Source: Planctomycetota bacterium (GTDB taxonomy: Bacteria > Planctomycetota > E44-bin39). Taken from it: a stretch of 64,000 nucleotides of DNA. The notes below the pieces were generated by a model, which worked only from the letters and a program-made list of their open reading frames with translations, ran no database searches and had not been told where the DNA came from. Position numbers and translations under genes: made by a program. Positions 1 through 9,327 of the stretch are shown one piece after another. Within the stretch, counting starts at the first letter, position 1. The number at the start of each line of letters is the position of its first letter. Location of the stretch: NCBI GenBank assembly GCA_004376375.1, contig SOJX01000087.1, forward strand, positions 81,238 to 145,237, in the 5' to 3' direction.

Positions 1-672
1 TTAGGGCTATTCCGGCCAGAATGCCGTGCGGTTTCGTTTCACGAGCTAACCGGAAGATCCATGATTATTGATCTAAGCCAGATTCCTAGCGACGAGATAA
101 AGAATGCACTGGCGCAATTGATCGTAATGTCAGCACATGCCTATTTTAATGCTCTTCCCCAGTCCGGCAGGATTCGCCAACTGTTTGTCATTGATGAGGC
201 ACACCGTGTGTTGGATTACGAATTCATGGCGGACTTCGTACTGCAATGCCGTGCCTATGGTGTTGGTATGATTCTGTCCTCTCAGTATCCAAGCCAATTC
301 CCGCAAGATGTATCGTCATCCATGGCAACCAAGATTCTCCACGGGAACGAGAGGGATAGCAACAGGGTGAAAGACATTGTCAAGCTGATACGTTGCGAGG
401 GGCGTGAAGGAGACGTGGCCAACCTTGATCGATTCCAGGCTTTTGTGGACAACCGTCATTATCCACACACGCTTCTACGCACCATGAACTACCCGCTGTA
501 CCTGGTATGGACCAGGCTCCGAGAGCTTGGGACTGCAACACGGGAAGAACTTTCGGAGGCAGAGGGATTCGATCCTTCCAAGCTGCAGATAGGGAACCTC
601 GTTCGACAATTGGAGCGCTTAGGACTTGCCGAGGAGCGGGAAGGCCGGGTGTTCTTGTTGGAATGCAAGTAA
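1..672 (+). CDS. P-loop NTPase, C-terminal part of a HerA/FtsK/TraG-like (DUF87-type) ATPase; 5' end lies outside the window
   Basis: Frame stays open from nt 1 with no stop before the first Met at 61. Walker-B-like 'LFVIDEAHRV' and a downstream 'RAYGVGMILSSQYPSQ' arginine-finger/sensor-like block typical of HerA/VirB4-type ATPases. C-terminal wHTH-like tail. Confidence 0.5.
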   Translation, partial: LGLFRPECRAVSFHELTGRSMIIDLSQIPSDEIKNALAQLIVMSAHAYFNALPQSGRIRQLFVIDEAHRVLDYEFMADFVLQCRAYGVGMILSSQYPSQFPQDVSSSMATKILHGNERDSNRVKDIVKLIRCEGREGDVANLDRFQAFVDNRHYPHTLLRTMNYPLYLVWTRLRELGTATREELSEAEGFDPSKLQIGNLVRQLERLGLAEEREGRVFLLECK

Positions 673-686
673 GCCGAGGTTAACAC

Positions 687-1541
687 ATGCATCCCTTCGT
701 CCAAGGAGAAAGTTACGACCGTGAGGAAGTACTCCGCTTCCTTGGAAGCAAGCAGAGACAAAGCGGGATCGTCTATGGACGCGACATCCATTCTTACATC
801 GCGATTTTCGCGGGGGGAAGGTCAGGCAAGACTGCCGGGTACGAGGATGGTTGGGGGTCCGATGGTACTTTCCGATACTGCGGGCAGGGTTCGCGTGGTA
901 ACCAGCGGTTAACAGGCCCCAATAAGGTGCTTGCAGAGCATCAAGGTATGATACTACTTTTTGAAACATAGAAGCCTAAACACTCCTGGAAGGGTAGGCA
1001 ACGCTTCCTTGGCGAGTACCACAGAATAGGTTATGAATGGGTAACGGGCAGAGGCTCTCGTCGGGGAGATCGTCTTCTGATGTTCTTGTTTATACCGGTT
1101 GAAAATATGGCAAGCAATAACCGGTTGCTTGTCAGCGCTGGGGAAGAAGTTGATATTGAAACACTCAAGGCCGAAGCAATAGCCGCAGGGCGACCTAGTT
1201 CCTCGACTTATAACACTAGAGCGGAATACCGATCAAGATCTGCATCTGTCGCACATTACGTATTGACGCGGGCAAAAGGAATATGCGAAGCATGTTTTCA
1301 ACCTGCCCCTTTCAATCGACCTGACCGGACCCCTTACCTTGAAGTCCATCATACTCAGCGGCTAGCAGACGAAGGGCCCGATGACATCATGCATGTAACG
1401 GGGATTTGTCCAAATTGCCACAGGGAAGCACACTTCGGTCCAGATACGGATGCGTTTCGGAAACGGTTGGAGAAATTCATTGCCGAGAAGGAAGGTGCTC
1501 TTGATCAAGAAACTCGAGCGGATGATCATCCGGCTTCCTAA
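687..1541 (+). pseudogene. SRA(YDG)-HNH modification-dependent (type IV-like) restriction endonuclease interrupted by one in-frame TAG at 969..971
   Basis: ORFs 687..971 and 1080..1541 are in the same frame, and the frame is open from 972 to 1079. The upstream part has SRA-like blocks ('GYEDGWGSDGTFRYCGQGSRGNQRLTGPNKVL' ... 'GRQRFLGEYHRIGY' ... 'GDRLLMFLFIPVE'), and the alignment continues across the stop. The downstream part has an HNH motif ('CEAC...EVHH...CPNCHREAH'). Confidence 0.55.
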
Positions 1542-2187
1542 ACCTCGGTTAATTCGGCAGTTCAGGGAGAAATTACTTTGTTGGTACGGCAAATACGGCC
1601 GGAAGTTCCCCTGGCGTAGGGCCTCGACCAGTAAGTATCAATACATCATTGCGGAAATACTGCTGCAGAGAACGCGGGCAGAAACTATCGCGGTCTTCTT
1701 CCCGAACTTTGTACGTGAATTTCCGTCGTGGAAGAATCTCGGCTCCGCAAGCGTCGCACGACTTCAACGCTATCTTCAACCAATAGGGCTTTGGCGTCGC
1801 AGGGCTGCATCGGTCAAGGCATTGGCGCGGGAGATGACCAAGAGAAACGGCATATTCCCCAAAAGGCGAGAAGATATCGAAGCGTTGCCTGGTATCGGGC
1901 AGTACATTGCGAACGCCGTGTTGCTCTTTTGCCACGGAACGCCGCAGCCCTTACTTGATGTTAACATGGCCCGTGTATTAGAAAGAGTCTTTGGGCCGAG
2001 AAAACTGGCCGATATACGATATGATCCTTATCTGCAGGAGCTTGCTAAAAAAGTGGTTCAACGCAAGACACCCGCAAAACTCAACTGGGCAATTCTCGAT
2101 CTTGCTAGCACAATTTGCCTGATAAGAAAGCCTCGCTGTAGTGATTGCCCGCTTGCATCAATATGCCTAGAAGCAGTTATCGCCTAA
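1522..2187 (+). CDS. HhH-GPD DNA glycosylase with 4Fe-4S loop; endonuclease III / MutY-catalytic-domain-only, Mig-like
   Basis: 'WYGKYGRKFPWR' MutY-like N-terminus. HhH-GPD block 'LPGIGQYIANAVLLFCHG...DVNMARVLERVFG'. Cys cluster 'CLIRKPRCSDCPLASIC' (Cx6Cx2Cx5C). About 222 aa with no NUDIX-like C-terminal domain. The ATG at 1522 overlaps the HNH ORF end by 20 nt. Confidence 0.7.
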   Translation: MIIRLPKPRLIRQFREKLLCWYGKYGRKFPWRRASTSKYQYIIAEILLQRTRAETIAVFFPNFVREFPSWKNLGSASVARLQRYLQPIGLWRRRAASVKALAREMTKRNGIFPKRREDIEALPGIGQYIANAVLLFCHGTPQPLLDVNMARVLERVFGPRKLADIRYDPYLQELAKKVVQRKTPAKLNWAILDLASTICLIRKPRCSDCPLASICLEAVIA

Positions 2188-2203
2188 TTTAGAAAGGTCT
2201 GAA

Positions 2204-3277
2204 ATGGAAACAATCTTTGGAGATGAATGTGGGTATACTGGCCAAGACCTTCTTCAGCCTGAACAACCTGTATTTGTTGAAGCAACCATAAAAATCTCTG
2301 AAGAGCAGAGCAAGGGATATCACGAAGAATTCTTTAGCAAGATTCAAGCAAAGGAATTAAAACACAAGAAGCTCTCAAAGAGGCCAAAACAGCAAGAGAT
2401 GGTTTTACGGTTTCTTGATTCCATCATTAAGGATTCCGTCCAGATCGATGTATTGATTATGCATAAACCATATGCTCTCCTTGGGAAGTTCGTTGATCTT
2501 GTTGTCGAACCAATAATGAAAATAACTGGCCATGACTTACTTTCAGAGGGAGAAAACCTCGCACTGACTAATTTGTTATGGATGGTTCTGCCCGTATTTA
2601 CCAGTGAGAATTTCTTCAATGAATTCCTGGTTAATTTTCAGAAATTGGTTCGAGAGCGTACTCCTGAGGCCTATGAAGATTTCTTCCGTCCTCTGTTATC
2701 AAGAAAATATCCACGACAACTGGATATTTTGATAACACCAGTTATGCTCTCAAATAGCCTGCTCAATACATCCATACTCTCTGATCTGGAGGATGGCCTA
2801 AAGGTAATGATAACCTGTTATTTCACACTTCTTGCGCGCTGGAACAATAAAGTTGATAAAGATATTACACTTGTGCTTGACCGCTCTTCTGAAGTTGCAC
2901 AGGATTATAAAACTTGGGAAGCATTAATGAATCCCTACAATAAACCCGTCTCTATAGGAACTGGGAATAGAAATACAACTTTCCCGATGAAAGTAAAAGA
3001 AACTTCTTTGGAGGACTCATGTGACTGGTGCGGATTACAGTTGGCTGACATCATTGCTGGTGCCACGACGAGATATGCTCACTGGATATTAAATGGACAA
3101 AATGCCGAAGATGAATATGCGGTTAAACTCGGCGAATTAATCATTAATAACATTATTGAACCAGCATGGAAGCTGTGGCCATCTGACAAAATGACCCCAG
3201 AAGAAATGGGTACTGAAAGGTATAATGGCAATGAGGCGATTGAGCAAATCGGGAAGATAATTGATGACAATGATTAG
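2204..3277 (+). CDS. DUF3800-family protein
   Basis: N-terminal 'IFGDECGYTG' (DUF3800 'DESG'-type start) and C-terminal 'LQLADIIAGA' motif. Confidence 0.6.
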   Translation: METIFGDECGYTGQDLLQPEQPVFVEATIKISEEQSKGYHEEFFSKIQAKELKHKKLSKRPKQQEMVLRFLDSIIKDSVQIDVLIMHKPYALLGKFVDLVVEPIMKITGHDLLSEGENLALTNLLWMVLPVFTSENFFNEFLVNFQKLVRERTPEAYEDFFRPLLSRKYPRQLDILITPVMLSNSLLNTSILSDLEDGLKVMITCYFTLLARWNNKVDKDITLVLDRSSEVAQDYKTWEALMNPYNKPVSIGTGNRNTTFPMKVKETSLEDSCDWCGLQLADIIAGATTRYAHWILNGQNAEDEYAVKLGELIINNIIEPAWKLWPSDKMTPEEMGTERYNGNEAIEQIGKIIDDND

Positions 3278-3408
3278 TGCAAACATAACATAGCCATGTT
3301 TTCAGTAGATTCCAGAGCGTTTTTCTGAACTAGCTGCGTGAAATACTTTGGGGGAGACATAAGTAAACATTATCGGTGCAATGGACGTCCTACCTAATGC
3401 ATTACTCT

Positions 3409-4284
3409 TCAATCAATTTTTCTCCCATCTGTTTCTAGAACGATTTTTTCAAAGCACGCCAGAACGTCAGGGAACTTATCTTTGAGGTATTTCTTGACCT
3501 TCTTGCTGGTAATCAATTTCCCAACGTAGCTGCATGTCTTTAATAGGTCAGTGGAATATCGGTGATACGTAGTAGTGTAGAAATCGTGGCTTTTTTGGGC
3601 TTCTTCCAACTTTGCAACCAGCTCTTTCCCTTTCGTGGGGTCCTGCGTCCAGGGTTTCCTTTTCTTTTTTTCGCCATTGCGCAGACTTTCAGGGGTTTTG
3701 ATTACCAGGGCCCGGGCAAACGACCGGCTGTAATCATTATTTTTCTGCATCTCTCTCAGTATTTGAAGTTGCCGCTTCGGCTTCACATAGGTGAACTCCG
3801 CTGCGCACTTCCGGCTCATAAAATTATCATCCAGTACTTTAATAACTTTCAGATGCAGTTGCTTAATCACAGTGGCCGCGAGCCGATATTTTATAGACCG
3901 CAAGCCAAAGGTCCCAGAAATGGCCGGTTCGGCAACGGTTTTGAGGGCTTTTTGCAGCATTCTATTCTCTTGTACAGCCGAAATCCTACTGACCTTTTTG
4001 TTCCAAGTGTATGTTTCCTTATTTTTCTTATTGCTGAAGACCCGACACGGAACTTTCCTGACGCCGAGTTTTTCAAAAGCCTTAAATCTGAGATAGCCGT
4101 CCAGGATGCTGTACTTCCCGTTTTTTTTATAAACGCAGACAGGTTCGACCAGGCCGACAGCCTTAATGGTGGCCACTATCCTGGCAAATCCCGCGTGAGA
4201 TTTCAGGTTAATGTCTCTTACGCGCAGGGGGACGAGATTCTCTATCGCAATATCTTTTCCCTGTACATTTACAACGTTTGCCAT
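3409..4284 (-). CDS. ParB/Sulfiredoxin-fold (ParB N-terminal nuclease-like) domain protein 1
   Basis: N-terminal 'PLRVRDINL...IKAVGLVEPVCVY...YSILDGYLRFKAFEKLG' matches the ParB-N pattern (G-x-R-R-x-A-like box). Lys-rich C-terminal half. Confidence 0.55.
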   Translation of the reverse strand: MANVVNVQGKDIAIENLVPLRVRDINLKSHAGFARIVATIKAVGLVEPVCVYKKNGKYSILDGYLRFKAFEKLGVRKVPCRVFSNKKNKETYTWNKKVSRISAVQENRMLQKALKTVAEPAISGTFGLRSIKYRLAATVIKQLHLKVIKVLDDNFMSRKCAAEFTYVKPKRQLQILREMQKNNDYSRSFARALVIKTPESLRNGEKKKRKPWTQDPTKGKELVAKLEEAQKSHDFYTTTYHRYSTDLLKTCSYVGKLITSKKVKKYLKDKFPDVLACFEKIVLETDGRKID

Positions 4285-4307
4285 GGGATTCCCTCCTTAG
4301 AAGCAGT

Positions 4308-4706
4308 CTACTTCGGCGACATCCTTCCCCGATTCCGAGTTTTGGGGCCCGCCGCTGGCTTTCGTTTCGCGTCGGCAGACTTGGATGACTTCTTTTTATT
4401 CCTCGGAAGAGTAATAAGTGATTGAAGAAACGAAAGGAACTCCATCTCTTCCCACATGACAAAGCTGGGCGCTTTTACTACTCCCAGATTCCGACATGCG
4501 TTTTCCCATGAAGGGCCGTCGATGATGAGATACCTTCCGTTACCACCGCTGATCATCATTTTCTCGATAAGCCCGATCCTTTTGATTGTCGACATCAGCT
4601 TGTTCAGACGTTCAAGGCCGGGAGAGCTTCCGTTCTTGGGCTTCTGAGACATCAGGAGATTATGCAACGCCAGAACTCTTTCCATGACGGGGTTCTTTTT
4701 AGACAT
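4308..4706 (-). CDS. ParB/Srx-fold domain protein 2 (small, basic C-terminus)
   Basis: 'IKRIGLIEKMMISGGNGRYLIIDGPSWENACRNLG' is ParB-N-like. Its stop overlaps the upstream gene (4699..4706). Confidence 0.45.
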   Translation of the reverse strand: MSKKNPVMERVLALHNLLMSQKPKNGSSPGLERLNKLMSTIKRIGLIEKMMISGGNGRYLIIDGPSWENACRNLGVVKAPSFVMWEEMEFLSFLQSLITLPRNKKKSSKSADAKRKPAAGPKTRNRGRMSPK

Positions 4707-5592
4707 GATACTCTCCTTTCAGTCGGGGGCGCTGGTCGAGCCCTTCGACTTTTAACAAGGCAACCAGTTTTTTGTCCTTCCAAATAGTATTGATTCCATC
4801 CAGGAGAGTGAGCAGGCGATTCACCTTTATGTTTGCCTCATGGTTGAATGACCTTTTCTCCTTGGTAATCTTGGAAATATCTGCCTTCAAGTTTTTGACC
4901 GAATAATTTTTCAGACGCGAGCGCCCTCTTCTATTTCCTGTCTGCTTTCCGCGTTTGATTCTGGTTTCTATAATCTTCCGGACCGAACTGGTATTATTGC
5001 TGCTGATAATGCCTGTATCGAAAGCGTCCATAAGAACATTCTGGATGGTGGAATTATCCGACCTTGCCACCAACATGGCAAAGGTTATGGGGAACAACCC
5101 CTGTTCCACTCCTTTTATCAACCTCGCTTCGCCCTGTTCCACCAGACGGATATAGTCCCGGATGTACGATTCGCATTTGCCGACGATTTTGCTAATCTCA
5201 GCGTATGACCAGCCTTCATCGTGTACCCGTTTGATTTCGTATGCAAACCACATCGTCCCGGGCGGTACGCGAGCGATGTTTTCAACCAGGGAATAAAGCA
5301 GCGCCTCCTTTTTACTACAGCTTCTGATCTCCGCAGGAATATGTGAGTACCCGAGCTCTTTGAAAGCGAGATAACGCCCCTGGCCACAGATCAATTCGTA
5401 ATGACCTGTTCTCTTGAAATTTCGCGTACTTACAAGGATGGGCTTTAGCAAGCCTACTTCCTTGATGCTCCGGATGATTTCCTGAAATTTAGTCTTGCCT
5501 CTGTTCCGAGGGTTCAACACCTTGATCTTGTCAACCGGTATATCCTCGTATTTGCGTTCTGTCATTGGCATTATCTTAATCGTTTTCATAGT
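4699..5592 (-). CDS. ParB-like nuclease domain protein 3
   Basis: 'IKEVGLLKPILVS...YELICGQGRYLAFKELG...LVENIAR' (ParB GERRxRA-like box and ENxxR box). Start chosen at 'MKTIKIMPMTERKYEDIPVDKIKV'. Follows the recombinase directly on the minus strand. Confidence 0.55.
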   Translation of the reverse strand, partial: TMKTIKIMPMTERKYEDIPVDKIKVLNPRNRGKTKFQEIIRSIKEVGLLKPILVSTRNFKRTGHYELICGQGRYLAFKELGYSHIPAEIRSCSKKEALLYSLVENIARVPPGTMWFAYEIKRVHDEGWSYAEISKIVGKCESYIRDYIRLVEQGEARLIKGVEQGLFPITFAMLVARSDNSTIQNVLMDAFDTGIISSNNTSSVRKIIETRIKRGKQTGNRRGRSRLKNYSVKNLKADISKITKEKRSFNHEANIKVNRLLTLLDGINTIWKDKKLVALLKVEGLDQRPRLKGEYHV

Positions 5593-5600
5593 ATGACCTC

Positions 5601-7091
5601 CTAGTCCAAAAGGGCCGCAATCATATCCAAGTTGCGGCACCCGTAGAGTTCGAGTCTGCTGTCACTCGAACTGAAGAGCTTGATGTTGCGGCTGTCTACG
5701 AGCATCCTGGGAAAAGTCAGATAACCTAGAATATCGTGTTTCCCGCTATTGGACAGGGGAACCCCAAGGGTGATATCCACTTCTTTTCTGGAATCCGGCA
5801 GGAACGACCAATAGGTGGTATATCCGTGAAAGACAGGCACCGACGGTTGAATGAGAAGGCTGAAACTGTCATTCAGGACAACGTAATCGTCAATCTCTTC
5901 AACTTGCCTGGCCAACGTTCTGAGCTGATCGACAACTGATTGCCTGGCCCGATCCCGAACATCTTTGTAGATATTCTGAAATGCCATGTCCAGTGACAGA
6001 AAATGCTTTGTGTAAGTTGCTGGAGACACCATCTTCTTGTCTGCAGCAACCTGACGTGGGCCGGCTTTGCCATATCGTTTATATAGTTTCGCAAGCCTCG
6101 CGAGCATGTCCTCGGCTGAATACCTGCGTTCGTGCTCTGCATTCATGGCTTCGATTCTTTCTTGAGCCTGAGTGAACAAAGCCTTATTGATGATCCCCTT
6201 GAATGCATTTTCTTGGCGAACCCACTCTTCTCTGGGGTTCTGCTTGGTGCCAGATTGCAGCTTTTGCCGTGTCTTATTGTAAACCATTGTTCCGATGTAG
6301 AATTCATTGGTCAAAATCGCCTGAATCGCACTGCTCGTCCACTTTTTACCACCGGGAGAAAGAATACTTCCGTCATTAAGAGAAGCCGCAATTTCTTTCG
6401 GGGCACAGCGTTTTTTAACAAAGGAGTTAAATATTTTCCTGACGACAGATGTTTCTTTTCTATCACCCGGAGCCAAAGTAACCCTTTGGTTTTGGATGCT
6501 TTTTCTTTGTCCCGGTTTCAGAATCTGAACGGGGTTGCGTTTTTCATCCAGGAGAAGCCTATGAAGACCATACGGTGGCGGAGCACCCGCCCGGAACCCC
6601 TGCTCGGCAATCTTCACACATCCCTTGAATACTTTGACGCTGAGTTCGCGGCTGTAATTGCCGGCCATAAATCGTTCAATATTCAGGTGCAGGAAACCTA
6701 AGAGGTCATCTTCTTCACGGAAGCCCATTGTCGTATAGACAACTTGTTTTCCGTAATTCAGACACATCGCCGCATAATACGCCGCAATGTCCGGATTCTG
6801 GAATCGCCCCCATCGGGTAGCATCAAGCACCAGGACATAATCGAAGTCCTCCTTGCCCTCAATCACATACTCGATCATTTCAAGGAAGGCATCTCTGCCC
6901 TTGGTTGACAGACCAGATTTTCCCGGCTCTTCAAATTCTTTGATAATCTCAATACGATTATCATCAGCGAACTTTCCTATCCGCTCCCGTTGAATAGGAA
7001 TGGAGTTTTCCTGCCGGTCTTGTGCAGAGTGGCGATAATAAGTTATCGCTTTTTTCCCACCCGGGGCTTTCTTTTGTTTTTTCCACCACAT
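5601..7091 (-). CDS. large serine recombinase (resolvase/invertase catalytic domain plus recombinase and zinc-ribbon region)
   Basis: N-terminal 'AITYYRHSAQDRQENSIPIQRERI...DYVLVLDATRWGR', resolvase-like with a Ser nucleophile context. About 500 aa with a long recombinase-domain tail. Start placed at 'MWWKKQKK'. Confidence 0.75.
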   Translation of the reverse strand: MWWKKQKKAPGGKKAITYYRHSAQDRQENSIPIQRERIGKFADDNRIEIIKEFEEPGKSGLSTKGRDAFLEMIEYVIEGKEDFDYVLVLDATRWGRFQNPDIAAYYAAMCLNYGKQVVYTTMGFREEDDLLGFLHLNIERFMAGNYSRELSVKVFKGCVKIAEQGFRAGAPPPYGLHRLLLDEKRNPVQILKPGQRKSIQNQRVTLAPGDRKETSVVRKIFNSFVKKRCAPKEIAASLNDGSILSPGGKKWTSSAIQAILTNEFYIGTMVYNKTRQKLQSGTKQNPREEWVRQENAFKGIINKALFTQAQERIEAMNAEHERRYSAEDMLARLAKLYKRYGKAGPRQVAADKKMVSPATYTKHFLSLDMAFQNIYKDVRDRARQSVVDQLRTLARQVEEIDDYVVLNDSFSLLIQPSVPVFHGYTTYWSFLPDSRKEVDITLGVPLSNSGKHDILGYLTFPRMLVDSRNIKLFSSSDSRLELYGCRNLDMIAALLD

Positions 7092-7345
7092 ATTATTACT
7101 TTCTGCGGAACTCGCGGATCGCGTTACTGAGAAGCACGGACGCATTGCCGAGCTCTTCCTTTGCAGCACGGCCAAGGAAAAAAGCCGATCCCCCCATTAA
7201 GAAAGGGGAATTATAGGCACTTTTAATGAATTTTTTTCAAAATATTTTTCAGCCTATATCTAGTGGCTTACGCTATCCAAGGCTACAACATGTAGAATTT
7301 TGCCGCTGGTGTGGGTTATGAATATTAATTAATGAGTCACGATTT

Positions 7346-7852
7346 TCAACTGGCCGAGCTAATCTTATGAGAAATCCTACTGGCAAACTCCTGTAAGAGA
7401 TTAGTTGCCTTTCTACGTGTAATTGCCTGATCGAGCAACGTGCCAACAACCCGAATCAGTTCTGCTTCATCGGAAGGCTCCTGCGATTGCTGGGATAGAA
7501 TGAGCAATTTTTTCCTGATTTTCTTTAACGCGCCGCCTACTTTTTTTCCTCGCCTTTTTTTGCCGATTAAATGTTGATTGACCGCTGGTTGGGAAATGTT
7601 CAATTTCTCAGCGATTTCGGACTGGGTGTGGCCGCGGAAACGAAGGATGAGGGCCTGTTGCTGCTTGTATGTCAAATCATTGAGAATGATCCTGTTTAAT
7701 AACGGTATAAACAGCGATAAGATTTCATTTTTTTTCAGCCGGTCTTTTCTTTCGTGATTATAACTGTACCACCGACCGGAGGTCTCGGGTATATTTTGCC
7801 AATGTCTTACATCAAGGTGAGCATTTCCAAAAAAATTCTCCCCGTTTTTCAT
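7346..7852 (-). CDS. small sigma-70 region-4-like / HTH DNA-binding regulator
   Basis: 'LTYKQQQALILRFRGHTQSEIAEKLNISQPAVNQHL' HTH followed by a basic tail. Confidence 0.45.
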   Translation of the reverse strand: MKNGENFFGNAHLDVRHWQNIPETSGRWYSYNHERKDRLKKNEILSLFIPLLNRIILNDLTYKQQQALILRFRGHTQSEIAEKLNISQPAVNQHLIGKKRRGKKVGGALKKIRKKLLILSQQSQEPSDEAELIRVVGTLLDQAITRRKATNLLQEFASRISHKISSAS

Positions 7853-8616
7853 TTTTGTCCCCCGGATCGAATGAAATTTGAAGTGATATTCCGGGGGGCG
7901 AGTTCTGAAAAGAGAAGAGCGAGATTGCGCTGTTCTGTTAAAGACGTAGCGTGGGCAAGGAGGCCTTGTTATCTACTTCCTGGGCAACGAGATTACCACA
8001 TTTTACGGGGTCGTTTCCCATACTTGTTTTAGGCCGAGTAGGAGGCCCGCAGCGTTCTTCAAGCGTTCGGTGCATGGGTCCAATGATGACATATGCTCAT
8101 ATAGACAAAAAATATCTTTGAGATCTTTCGTGCGTATCCTCGATAAGGTTTCGCGGATGTCATTAATGCGCGCGCAGCAGCTTTCGGATTCACACTGATG
8201 TGTGGCTCCTTGCTCTTTCTCCACCATTAAGTTCATTGGTTTCCGCTGTGTCGTTATTGCATTCATTATTTCCCTCCTTCCTGGAGTTAAAAAAATAAGG
8301 GAGCGCCAACACCAAGGTCACTCCCGGCCGACGGGCCTACCAGGGCCCATGCACCGACAGCAAACTCTTGGGCGGCGCTCCCGCAAAATGCGGAAGCACC
8401 ATCGCCAAGCTTTGCCATCCTGGTGCAAATATGGAATCTGGTAGTTTGTCGGCCAGGACACAATGCCTTTGATGAACTTAACGCTTAATTATGCTTATAT
8501 CATTATCCTCCATTATCTGGACTCTAAAAGCGTTTATTACCATAAACAATAGCTCTTATTGGAGTACTGTCAAGCCTCTTTCCTTTATAAAGGGCATAAC
8601 CATTAATGCCGGTTGA

Positions 8617-9318
8617 TCACAAAAAAAGATTTTTCAACTTCAGATTATCTTCGACAAGTTCTTTGGGAGTGCCTTCGAATGAGACCTTACCCAATTTGAG
8701 AGAATACACTCTATGGCAGATTTCAAGCACTTTACGCACTTTTTGTTCCACAATCAAAATGGTTACCCCTGTTTTGATGTTTATATCAACTATTTTATTG
8801 AATATTGAATTGACGAGTTTCGGTGATAACCCCAGAGAAGGTTCATCAAGCATAAGAATCTTAGGATTAGGGACAAGGGCTCTGGCCAATGACAGCATTT
8901 GCTGTTCCCCCCCAGACAGTTTTCCGGCATATTGCCGAATACGTTCCTTTAACAATGGGAACATCTCAAATATTTGAGTTAAACGGTTGGCAAATTCCCT
9001 TCGAGAAAGCTGGAATCCAGCAATTTCTAAATTCTCCATAACGGTCATATCACCAAAAACTCTACTAGCTTGAGGGGCAAGCGTAATTCCTTTTGCGACT
9101 TTTTGTGCTGTTGTATAATTATTAATAATATTATCATTAAAAATTATCTCGCCTCTCCAAACGGGTAGAAGGCTGCAGGCTGCTTTTAGTGCTGTCGACT
9201 TGCCTGCTCCGTTAGGTCCGATTAAAGCAACAATTTCACCTTCACGGATTTCTAAGGTCAACCCGAATAGTATCTGCTTTTCGCCGTAACCTGTCTCAAG
9301 TTTTTTGATTTTCAGCAT
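8617..9318 (-). CDS. livF: branched-chain amino acid ABC transporter ATP-binding protein LivF
   Basis: Walker A 'GPNGAGKST', ABC signature 'LSGGEQQML', Walker B 'ILMLDEP'. Operon position after livG. Confidence 0.85.
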   Translation of the reverse strand: MLKIKKLETGYGEKQILFGLTLEIREGEIVALIGPNGAGKSTALKAACSLLPVWRGEIIFNDNIINNYTTAQKVAKGITLAPQASRVFGDMTVMENLEIAGFQLSRREFANRLTQIFEMFPLLKERIRQYAGKLSGGEQQMLSLARALVPNPKILMLDEPSLGLSPKLVNSIFNKIVDINIKTGVTILIVEQKVRKVLEICHRVYSLKLGKVSFEGTPKELVEDNLKLKNLFL

Positions 9319-9327
9319 TACGATTTC

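Noticed and set aside
969-971. Genome-wide amber (TAG) recoding as the explanation for the in-frame stop
   Set aside because: All other long genes in the window read through cleanly with no internal TAG, and several terminate at TAG sensibly. A single-gene nonsense mutation or sequencing error is the simpler explanation.
3562-4425. 287-aa plus-strand ORF overlapping the ParB-like genes
   Set aside because: Antisense to two recognisable ParB-fold genes. Low-complexity Phe/Leu-rich translation.
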